Positions 24,918 to 36,019 of a stretch of DNA of 64,000 bases are shown here, piece by piece. Source of the DNA: Iphione sp. A-MEVVRFRX5 (lineage: Eukaryota); contig OZ320318.1 of the NCBI GenBank assembly GCA_976226885.1, positions 66,340,001 to 66,404,000 of the forward strand. The letters are read 5' to 3'. Numbering within the stretch: the stretch's first letter is position 1; each line of letters begins with the position of its first letter. Position numbers and translations under genes: made by a program. The notes below the pieces were generated by a model that ran no database searches, had not been told where the DNA came from, and saw nothing but the letters and a program-made list of their open reading frames with translations.

Positions 24918-26505
24918 CAGGAATGACCATGGAACCTGAAGCTCTGCCCTCTGCGGTATGTACCCACGCCAGGAACCTGGCAGGTCTCACTGCTTGTGTG
25001 CTCGGTTCGAACCCGGAAATGGTTCCTTACAACCCCTTGAAAAGCATAAGATAAAGAAGTACATTGTATATGAAAAATTTATGTCGTACATAGCATGGCC
25101 ATTCTCCCTATCGTGTTTTCATGGAAAGAATAGAAAGTCGTGGAGCTCATTGAAACAAAAACAGACTTATTGAGGTGACGTCAACGAGCGTTAGAATCAT
25201 TTCAGTGCGTCAACTATAGATAAAGCAACAAAACTATTCCATTTACCTGCTAAGCGGCCCCGTTCCTGCACACAACGCCCCCTGTTGGGAATACCCCTGA
25301 TTGTGTCTCCGAGGAACTCTATGTGGCAGATGTAGCCGTGGGGGCAGAGGAGGGCGTCCTCATCCTCACTCAACTGAGACGTGCTGCACCTCTCAACTGT
25401 AAGGAAGATTTTGTCATCTGATTATGGGTCTTAGAAATGTCAATAGGGAGAGGGATATTTGTCTCAATGGAAGACGGAAGTGTTTGTGTGGTTCTTGTGT
25501 ACCACATCGTCCATTCATTATAAGTGTGATATCGTACTATAGTACCATCAACAAGCACAATATTTCAAGGTGAAATCGAATTACTAAATGCCATCTGCCG
25601 GTAAATGTATTTCCGTTTCTATGAACGAAGAGGAATATATACTGCACTCACCTTGTATGTTATCTTCACTATTTGTTGGCGGCAGTAACCAAGCTATTCC
25701 TATTGAAGATATGTGAACCATTTTGAAAACACATTTTAAATTAACTGTTTAAGTGGTTTCCTAGTCGATATAGAAAAAAGGAACAATAACACATAATGTA
25801 TGTATAATTTTGTAGTATTCAAATTAATTCAACTTATTTAGTTTATTTTGTATTCTTACCCCGTAGTATTATGGATGTTCTCATTTGGCATATTGATCAT
25901 TATTTATTTTAACAGTACATTAAACTTTATCAATAGCTTTACATTTGACTTCAATGTTAAAAATGTCCCCTTACCATTTTTCTTCCGCGGAGGTTCTTTT
26001 CGCCAATCAACAACTACAAATGAATTAAAATACTGTACAATATCAGTCTTAAAATCTACAGTGGCGGTGCAGACGAAAAAAGGAAAACGGATAGGTGTGC
26101 TTGTAGATTTAATTTTGAATGCATATCTATCAAGTCATTTAAAAACCCGTATTGTGAATGAGGAGTAATGGATGGCTGTTAATCATCAGAAAGATAACAT
26201 CACGCTTACTCACGAGGGGGCGGTGGCATAGCAGCCATGCAAGTAAATACACAGCCATTGTTACAGCATCGCTGGTCACCATTGGCAGAACAATCCTTAT
26301 CTCCACGGCATGCTGGCACCAAGCAGGCATCAGGTGGAGCCTCAGTGAAGGGCGGTGGACATCGAGCAGAGGAGAAGGTAGCGGGAAGAGACGACGATCC
26401 ACCCCCTCGATTCCCATAATTGCCACTAGGGGCCGGGCCCAGAATGGGGCCGGGCCAATGTCTGTCCGACCCCACACTGTCTGACTGCATTTCATATAGG
26501 AAGTC
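24918..26505 (-). CDS. WFDC1: Spliced WFDC1 (ps20)-like WAP-domain gene, internal exons
   Basis: Exons 26505-26214, 25699-25652, 25396-25247 and candidate 25035-24918, all with AG/GT boundaries and compatible phases (0-1, 1-1, 1-1, 1-2). They join to ..CPPPFTEAPPDACLVPACRGDKDCSANGDQRCCNNGCVFTCMAAMPPPP|RIAWLLPP..IQ|VERCSTSQLSEDEDALLCPHGYICHIEFLGDTIRGIPNRGRCVQER. This closely resembles vertebrate WFDC1 (CPPPP..LPPGAC..CCYNGC..VPPPP, LLCPSGYECHI..GIPNRGQCV). First and last exons were not located. Confidence 0.85.
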
Positions 26506-27380
26506 CTGGAAAATAGAAACAATTGTAATTTCATCTATGTTATCATGTTTATACGTATGGTTTTGAAAGTCTTGCTTCTGCCAACTCGAATTCTAGAAGT
26601 ATGAATGAACTAATCCCCTTGATGGCTGGTAGGTGTACAAAACCAGGGAAATGCATAGGATTTCCAACCGGGTTTCCAAATAATTGCACCACTTAACTGT
26701 CGTTGCTGTGGCAATACCGTATCCTGATACTGTATCATCAAAATAGTGTAAACAAACATTTGCCTCCCAGAGGAGTCAACAAGCCATCCGGAGGTACTGT
26801 TCAAATAGGTCTTTCGCTCTTTCCCCCAAACACTGCTTGTAGTGAAAGGATCCACCATACAAGCCCGTGCAAAGCCCCACAAAAGTCCCAGCGCCATGAG
26901 CCAAACGTCACGCTCAACTAACACCTAACACCTTCGTTACGGTCCTCCCCTGTGCAGTGGCCATTGCACTTGTTTGAGTTCACCTTGTCAACATGGAGCT
27001 TTCAGTGGAGTTTAATGATGTAGTAAGAAAGACGGAAAAGGGTATAACATGCTACAAATAAAACAAGGTTTACCATCATATACATTCGTCAGAGTCATAT
27101 ACGCCGTTTGTGCCTTATGTCAGCAGTAGCCACGTAAAATGACCCAGAGTGATAGTGTTGGACAAATTCGAGCAGCTTGATGCAGATACAACCAACATAC
27201 CTGCATGGACAGTTATTTTCTCGCTGTTATTGATATTTTCACGCATTCCACCTGGAACCACCCACTCTCTGCAAAAAACAACTATTAGCAGCACACAAAT
27301 CTGTCATTTATGTACAGCTTTGCCACAAAATCTGTAGACATAGAGGAAGTGAATTCAGTAATCATAACAACATGATCATA

Positions 27381-27452
27381 ACGTAGATAGCTTAGTGGGA
27401 GAGTATTACAGCGAAAATCTAAAGGTCCTCAGTTCGATCCTGATTCTAGGTA
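27381..27452 (+). pseudogene. Decayed tRNA-Phe(GAA) pseudogene or tRNA-derived SINE head
   Basis: ATAGCTTAGTGGGAGAGTATTACAGCGAAAATCTAAAGGTCCTCAGTTCGATCCTG follows eukaryotic tRNA-Phe (ATAGCTCAGTTGGGAGAGCGTTAGACTGAAGATCTAAAGGTCCCTGGTTCGATCCCG). Acceptor and anticodon stems are broken. Confidence 0.7.
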
Positions 27453-27779
27453 AAATTGTAAAACCAGGAGTGATGGCTGACAGAAGTGGACAATGTCTTG
27501 GTCGAAATTAATAACAATGACCATGCCTCCAATGTGATGAATCATTTAAGTTGGATACATGTATGAGTTACTGAACAGTCAATTTAAATGTGTCAACATT
27601 AGGGACTTCTCACCACAACTCTTTGAAAATAAGGGTGGTTTGTTCCTGATAAAACATGGTATTGTTCTCAATTCAAAGTATGGGACTGTCTAAAGGAATT
27701 TCTGCAGCAGGTACCTGCTAATGAGAGGAAATCTAAGAAGGAGCCATCAAAGAAATGTAAAAGATGTGTCTTTTCAACA

Positions 27780-28765
27780 ACAGCACCTCTCACCCCATGT
27801 GTTCACAAAATATCCCTTTAAGGCTTATATTGGGACTGTACTCAACTATAGCGAGTCTGCTAAAAGATCCAAGTGTCAGTGTCAACTTTACTATGAAAAA
27901 TGAAATAAATCCTGGTGAAAATGACCCCGTAGATGGAAGTAACCCAGGGCTGACTAATTGCACTATGTATACAAAAGAGAGCAAAGTAATGACATTAGAA
28001 GGGCCAATCCATGCAGATATTTAAGTGAATGGCAAAGTCATTACATAATGAACAGGGTAGAGATTGCATTTAAATTTGGCCCTCTGCCAATGAATTTGTA
28101 CTCATTACTGCCAATCCTGCTGCTGACTACAAGTTGTAAATCATCAAGGCTGTACTGAAAGTGAATATGGTTGAACTCAGCTCAGAAATCCTTCTGTCCC
28201 ATGCTCAAGCCTTCAAGACATCACCTACCACTTATTTCTGTAAAAGGTCTGACATAAAAACTTTTGGCATTGCCAGGAGGAGATTCAGTTGTGGCCTTGA
28301 GGATATTTATCAGGGTCATATACCAAACAGTTTGGTTGTTGGCTTGGTTGCTTCTGAGGCTTATAATAGTAGTTATAAGTGCAATCCCTTTGAATTCAAA
28401 ACATTTGACCTCAGTTCCATTGCTTTCTATGTTAATGGTCACTCTACCCCAACAGCACTGATAACACCAAAATATAGTGATGGAGACTACATGTCTAGTT
28501 ATATGTCACTACTTGGTGAAAACTACACTTACGATGATAGTATTCTAATTGATAGAGATGACTATGTTAAAGGCTACTGTCTATACAAATTTGACACTTG
28601 CAAAGACTATTGCAAACAGTTAGAATGTTAGAAACATAAGGAAAGGCCATACTAGAATCCATATTTCTTTTTCAAAGAGTTACCAGAAGCAGTGACTATT
28701 GTTTTGTTTGCCAAGTTTCCTGGTCAAGTTGAAATTAATGAAGCACATAGTGTGCAAATCATGAT
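27780..28765 (+). pseudogene. Polinton major capsid protein (double jelly-roll, PY/hexon-like), 5' truncated and frameshifted
   Basis: YPFKAYIGTVLNYSESAKRS; DGSNPGL..LEGPIHAD; LLSHAQAF..KRSDIKTF; YQGHIPNSLVVGLV..NPFEF..LSSIAFYVNG; IDRDDYVKGYCLYKFD; LPEAVTIVLFAKFPGQVEIN. Confidence 0.88.
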
Positions 28766-29224
28766 GGCCACCTGGTGTTTCCCAGTTGAGTTAACGCAGG
28801 CGCTCATTGTGACGTATCATGACGTGGAGGATGGCATATTCCTGGGTGATGTGGCATCCGTAGGGTGCCTTGTTATAGGAAATTGCCCAAATCCATCAAA
28901 TTAAAGTATGTTTTTAATGAAATAAAGCTAAATACAAGGAGTTTATTAAATTCTCTATATGTTGTCTTTCACTTTTCTGAAGATTTGGCCTTTTTATACT
29001 GATTAAATAGGCATGAACTGTTATCGGGGTGACATGGTGAGTGCGGCAAGTCTGGCACTAGGTCTGATGGGGATACGTAGTGAGCATATGCAGCCATTAT
29101 TATTTTCTTATGTGGATATATTGTACATACAAGGAAAAGGCAATGAATATAGTTAGGAAATCATGCTTTATTCATGATGAGGATACATTTGGATTTTTTA
29201 CTGCTCAAGATTTTCACACAGATA

Positions 29225-31503
29225 ATCCTCAATGGTGTGTTACGTAAAGAAACACTCAGGTAAGCACAGGTCTACCCATTACTGCTGGCATGCATCTATT
29301 TCGTAGCCTGAACAGAGAGGGAGTTTTTTTATCTGAGGTCCCTCAGAAGCATTGCCTAGGGTATCACTGGGATTATGTTCAGACAACAGCGCAGCTAGCA
29401 ATTGCATAGTGACTTTAATGAGAGGAGTTTTTTTACCTTGGAGATGATCATGGATAATGTGACAGTTAACCTTCACCACCTTTAGCAATCTCTAGAATAA
29501 TTTTAATGTCCATTTAATTGTTTTACACTGGAAGTCATAATACTGGAGGAGCTGATCACTGAGATCGACTCCACCCATGTATTTAACATACTCCTGTACT
29601 GATTTGGGGCAATCCACAAGATGCTTAGAGAATTTACCAGTTTTGGAGTATCTACCATTTCTACTGATCAGTGATACTTCTGTACCATGTATGGTTGATA
29701 GTACATTTACAATATTGTTATCCCTTCAAATAGTCAGCCTTGCAAGTTTTTTCCTTTGGAAGATAGAAGACCCACATGTTGCACCCTGTCCAGAAGGTTT
29801 CTTTTTTTTGGCAGCCCTTTCCTATTTTTTCTTAGGGTCCCACAAGCATATGTTCCCATTCTGTACAGCTTTTCCAATAATGTCCAACCTGTGAAGAAAT
29901 TGTCCATGAAAAGGCAATAGCCCTTCTTGAGGAGTCCAGCAAGCCTCATCAGTTTGAGAACAACATATTCTGCCAATGGTGTACCATTCCTTTCTTGATG
30001 ACCGGTGTAAGGCAGAAGGTATAGGATAAATCCTGTTTGGAAAAAAAGTGAGAAAATAATTGGCATCTGCTCTGCATATGTTCTATGGTTACATATGTGG
30101 AAGCCAGCAAATGTCAATTATCCCTAACAAAAAAAAAAGAATCTTACCAGTGATTGCCTCCTACAGCGCCCAGATCTTCACGCCCCATTTCTGTGGCTTC
30201 TTGGGCATATACTGCCTACAACGAACTCGACCCTTGAAGGGAAACATGCTCTCATCCACTGAAAGATGTTTCCCTGGGGAATAGACAGCCCTGCAAGTCT
30301 TGTTGATGTGAGCAATTAGTTTGTTGATTTTCCATAGGGGGTTGAATCGTCTCGTAATACCATTTTCAACCGAGGTCTGATCATAGAAGGTCAGATGTCT
30401 GAAATAAAAATCAATTTCATTGAATAATTTGAAAATATGCAGACAAATTGAAAATTTCTCCAAAAAAACAAATACATATTTTCATTTAGAGGGTGTAGTA
30501 TCTCTATGTTGAACTCACCTCAAGATGCTCAGGAACCATTTCCCGGGCATCAGCTGCCCAAATATTGGTGTTGCCAGATACATGATTGTTTCCCAGTAAG
30601 ACTTGATGGTTGGTTTACATATCAGTCCCATTATAATGGACAAGCCCAGGAATTTCTTAAGTTCACTTGGAGTGACAGGAATCCAGCTTTTTTAATGTTG
30701 TCTCTTCACAGAGACATTGGTGCTTTCATTCAGGTCAGCATGATGGTTTGTATGTGCATGAATGAAATCGATCATCAATATGGTGAAAAATCGATAAAAT
30801 ATATCGATTAGTGTGCTTGCCTTATTCAATCCACTCTCTGGGTTGACTGCCTGATCACTGCTGTCAAAATTAACCTTTGGGGTAGGGTCACCTTCACCAG
30901 ACTTCTCCATGTACCACCCATCCAATTTCCTCTGATCTCTCATTCTCCTCAGCAGTTCATTCATTGACATGTTGTCATCTTCTCCATCGTCTTCATTGTC
31001 TTGATCATTGATTCCAATTGCATCGGATACCTCATCTTCAGCATCATCACTGGAGTGTATAGAGTCATTTGTGCCAGATTCCACAACAATATCCCCATCT
31101 ATAAGCCTATTAACCTCCTGAGGGAGGTTTTGGGCCAGAAATTCCTCGTCAGATGAGAAATCTGACATTTCCATTGTTTACATCAAGAACAACACATCAT
31201 GACGTAAACAACCACATCAGATTGTAAACACAACAAAATACCACCCCCAAAACATTTTTGTAATTTTTCTCGAGAGAAATATCCATTTCTTCCTATTTAT
31301 TCCATAGTAAGTGATACAATAGTCACTTTCCAAGTATTTTTTTACATGCATTTGATGTGTATTTGATGTGTAATCCATGTGTAACATTGTTTACATGCAT
31401 GTATCCTTAAGGATACATGCTGTCCTGGGCAGTGTATCCTTAAGGATACACACCAGAATACATGGTGTATCCTTAAGGATACATGCCATCCTCATTGGGT
31501 TAA
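29225..31503 (-). mobile_element. piggyBac transposon remnant with a two-intron transposase pseudogene
   Basis: Acidic N-terminus (31174); ELKKFLGLSIIMG..YWET..TPIFG; catalytic triad VDESM, MDNFFT, GGVDLSDQ; YMPKKPQKWGVKIW; C-terminal LCLPECF. GT-AG introns at about 30518-30405 and 30148-30033. 5' terminus CCC next to TTAA at 31500-31503. The 3' terminal repeat was not found. Confidence 0.9.
31397..31483. repeat. Three perfect palindromes TGTATCCTTAAGGATACA in the piggyBac subterminal region
   Basis: 31397-31420 (24 bp), 31432-31451 (20 bp) and 31466-31483 (18 bp), each centred on TTAA. Confidence 0.95.
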
Positions 31504-31606
31504 GTGATTTTTATTCAAGAGAACGAATCATATCAACAAGACAATAAAAAATTCCATAATATACAAAGTACAATACAAGTTTTCTTTTCTGGATAATATC
31601 TCAATC

Positions 31607-34600
31607 TCAGTAACCATAGGGTAATGTGTTTAAATTTGCTTGAATTGCTCGTTTAGTATATACAATTCTATACTTTTTCTTCTCTTGGTAATTGTAGAGA
31701 ATCTGTTTGTACTTATCTCGACATATTTTAGAGGGATTCGCCACTGTGATAGAATGGTCTATTGTTTTAGAAGTGACAAGTTCTTTCATAACATCAAAAT
31801 TAATTTTCAAGGAATTGGAATGATGCAGAGTGAATCCCCTAACTTTGCACACAGTTTTGCCATCATTAGTTCTGTAACTATAATTTTTAGGACCAGCTGA
31901 AACAAAAGTTGTTATGTAGCTTTCATCAAGTTCATCTGTCAGTTCACCAAGGTAATCACCAGTCTCTGGCTCAGGAAAACCAGGTCTGGAAACAAAGATT
32001 ACTGAGTCTGTGTCATAGTAAAGAGCACGCTGATCTAGTTGCTGAAGAACATTATATAGTTTTAACTGTGCCCATCATGTAGTAAATGTAGAACAAATAT
32101 ATTTGTTTTATCATCAGGACCAAACTTTTGTTTCATGGAGGAGTATTGCAACAAAGTAACATCTTTGTTGATTGTGGACCTGTGGATCTGTCAGCAAGGA
32201 AAAGAATATATCAGGTTGGCTGCTGTTAATAAATTTAGTTTGCGTCATATCATGCCTCTGGCCAAACTTTCCCCTGAAAGAGTTGAGGCACAATTTGGCT
32301 AATGATCTTAACCCTGGATTCTTTTGAATTTTTTTGGTAGTCTAAAGCAATACCCTCATGTTCATAGTAGTCACTAATGTATTTTTGATGATCAGTCTCA
32401 GACTGACACCAAGATGGCCAGCCTGATGCCTCTTGCTTCAATTTTAGGAAAGAATTGATGTATACTGAAAACAACCCACCTATTTTACTGACAGAGTCAT
32501 AAGTGCTCATTTCATCCCAGTGGTACACCTCATAAATTGTTATAATGGTGTATCCCATTTCAACTGCCTTGTTTATCTCAGGGGTGCACCAAGTACCAAT
32601 CATAGATCGATCTGTATCTGAACAAGTACATTTGCCTTGATATTCACATTCTGCACATGAAGAACAAAGTGCAAACTTCAGTTTCCCATTCAATCTTAAA
32701 GGCAAAACTGGGTGATATATGCCATGGGGTGGCAAGATTTTGACTTTGGCTATGCCAAAGTAATTGGAAACATCCTTAAAATCTTTTGTTATGACAATGG
32801 GGTGCCCTACAGGATAAGATGAATACTTATTTACATATGGATACAAAGATGTAAAATCAACATATTTGATTTTCTCAGCCTCTGTTGTCCGGTGCCATAA
32901 TTGTGCTGCATTAGTTCTGCCCCCAAAGAAGGACTCTCTTGGATCTAAATGAGACTGAATATCTAACCAACTGACAAACTGTCTCATTTCTGCATTATGT
33001 TTTAACATATCAGTGTATTGACATTCCCAGATGGAAACAACTTTGTATCCATTGTCTCACAAGAATCACTCCATTTTAAGAGTGAGGGTATGTAATTCCC
33101 CAGACGTTTGGCCTGTAAAAGGATGTCTTCCACTGAAACACAGCTTACAACCATGCCAAAGACAGCCATGAAAGCAATACACTGTAGGCTTTTTAGATGC
33201 ATTCCCAGGTATGAAACCATCAACTTTGTACCTGGAATTCGGTATGTGGTATTCACCATCATTAAGAGCATGTTGAATGTGTACACCTTGGGTATGTTCG
33301 ATCCATTTCAACCAACTAATTGAAGCCTAGCTATACTGATCGGACTTATACCCATGAAAGGGTACTTGAGCCAGAGCAGAGTGTGTGAATGTCTTTTCTA
33401 GAATTTCATAATCAGTATTAGTGACCAATACTAACTCATTCTCGATATCAAACAACCGAGTATTTTTTTTACAGAATGCATTGGTCTCCATCTCTTCACC
33501 TGTTACCTTGTTTTTCAACTTTACTATATACTGTTCTTCAAAGTACTTAGTTTTGAAAATATCTATGCAAACACTTGCTATTGTTATGTGGTTGAAAGGA
33601 TCAATAGTTCCTGTCATGGTACCATCACTCTCTTATGTTGTTACATGGAGCATGAGGTTTCTGAATGTCAGGCAAGCCTGTCTTAAAATGGTGACATCTG
33701 AAATGCAGTACTCATAATTTCCTTTAGAAAGTCAAACACCAAACCACACTGAGCATCATGCCACTCAATGACTTCTTTCCTAGCCCCTGATGACATTTGG
33801 TCCATTCCATAGGTTTCTTTAGGTGGAAAAGGACCAACATAGTGCTGATGTGCTTTCTTATTGAAAAAGTGAGGGAACCATCCCTTTTTGAGTTGAATCA
33901 GACCAAAAGCCTGAGGAAGTGAGGCAAGGGGCATGGGGAGAAAATTGAAAGAATCTATAATTCGCATGTCTAGTTTTTTTTTATGTACATATACATAATT
34001 TTGGACCCACTGTAAATGATATTACTTGGTTCCAAGCCATGACCTGTCATGTAATTTAAGAGAAAATATCCGTCATACCCCTTCAGGTTATGGGCTATAC
34101 AAGTATACCCTTTGTGATGTGTACTGATCACATATTTTCCAAAATCATGTGCAGTGGTGTCCCCTGAGAATATTTTTTGTCATTCTCCACAACTCTGACA
34201 GTTGTCAGACAGAGGAAGATTTTCACATAGATTGCACACCTTTTGGATCACCACAAAATTTGGTGTGTGTTGAGGTCTACCACAAGAAGAATCTTTACAA
34301 CTCATACATGTTCTGCAACAAAAACATTGAGAGTCTTGTGTTCTACATTCTACACAATGTTTAGCAGGATTCAATGTATAACCTGTCTGAAATTCAAAAT
34401 TACTATCTTGATGACTTTCAAAGTCAAAATATAGATGATGAAATTCGGTAGTGTCTTTCCATGGATTAGCACGATGATAACATAAATGACCGTATTTCAC
34501 CATGGTCTCACAAGAATGGCAGTACCGCTCATCACACTTGTGTGTCTTTGGTTCAAATTTAGATGAATAACCTTTTTACAACTGACACATCTCAACCACT

Positions 34601-35900
34601 TTTTACATTGGGATTTGGGGCCTGCTTTACTTTCTTTGTGTCTGTTAAAACAGTCAATGGATCTACAGGTCATATGACATGTCCTACAGCTCACACCTTC
34701 TTCTGTATTCACACACTCTAATGAAGTACACACTCTGCATACAGAACAGGGGTGTTTTTTCTTATCATTGCAAGGGTTGTAACATGTGCAAAAACCTGTG
34801 CTATTAAAGAAACCTGTGATTGACACAATGGCATGGTAGTGACCAAACTCATCTTCACTGGTAGTTACTTGATAGAAAATGAATATAGGTTGCTTGGGGT
34901 CTTCATTTTCAAGAACAGTAGGTACTCTCAATAGTTTGTTCCCTACTGAATTTGATGGTACATAGATGTCAATATTCAAGGCCACCTCAAACTTTGGCAG
35001 ATCATTTAAACTGGCTGGAATTCTGTGGTCTACCCCAGCTAACCTACAAAAGTTCTATGCTAGACCATCCTGATAACCCCCTTGGTTACGTTTCACTTCC
35101 ATCACTTTGGATAAGACACTCTCATTTTCCAAAGTTTGTGTCATTGCTCTCCATTCATCATTACCCACAATATTTGCTTTTGCCCAGGACACAACAATAG
35201 CCCGGGCCATGCACAGGTTGTCTGTGTTCTTGATCTTAACAAAACAATGCTTTTTGTCTAATGCCTCATTGATATTCAAAATATAATTTTGTCCTCTTCC
35301 TCCTTTGGATAGAGTGATTACACCAAAATCAATTTTCATGTCTTTCATAAAGGTTAGTTCCTGCTAATTGGTCAAAACATTGGCAATAACATTCATGATA
35401 GCAGAGGTTGTGAGTTCTGACATGGGGCACAATGACACAACTATTGGACTCTCAAGATTTGGGTGATGAATAACAATTCGTCCAAGGTCAGCTCTTGGAT
35501 GAAACCTTCTAACATCATGGATCAAATCCCTAAACATATTTTCTAGCTGAATGTAGAGATCATGAAAAGAGCCACCCATCCAATTGGTATTGAATTCAAT
35601 GCCACAAACTGTCAACAGCACCAGTAAGAAACTTTCTTACTTATCTTTTGTACAACTTGTAAGGCTGTTGTTCTTCTTCCTTTTCTCGTCCTTCTTCTTC
35701 TTGTCACTTATCCTGTGGTAATGGTGATGAGTCCTTTTTGAGTCCTTTAGATCATTATTATAATAGAACAAAGGAAAACAATATCAGATGTGTTAAGGAG
35801 AGGAGTAACAAGTGTTATTTATTCAACATAGTTGCTGGACCAATGAAAGATACATATATTTCATCTATATCAAAGTGGATACCTGTGAACCTTCTGTGTT
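31607..35900 (-). pseudogene. Family B pPolB, essentially full length, fragmented (copy B3)
   Basis: LGRIVIHHP; IKNTDNLCMARAIV; Cys-rich region; LYFDFES; IIDSFNFLPMPLASLPQAFGL..KKGWFPHFFN; nuclease-like KVDG..FHGCLWHGC; LDPRESFFGGRTNA; YVDFTSLYPYVNKY (motif A); YFGIAKVKILPP; LKQEASGWPSWC; YSDTDSVIF region near 32000; TLPYGY*. Confidence 0.92.
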
Positions 35901-36019
35901 CAACATCTGATAAAATATCTCCAGGCATCCTCCCCATAAGAGAACGGTCTTCTCTTTGTTGGAGTCCGCTCATGCCTGGTTGAGGACTCATTGGCTTCCT
36001 TAGAGAATTCTGCTCTAGA

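Noticed and set aside
26610-26924. ORF as the signal-peptide exon of the WFDC1-like gene
   Set aside because: Hydrophobic stretches fall in different frames and the only in-phase donor (GTATTG) is weak; left unassigned.
31397-31483. CRISPR-like repeat-spacer array
   Set aside because: Only three palindromes with 11-14 bp gaps, inside a piggyBac end in eukaryotic DNA, and no cas genes.
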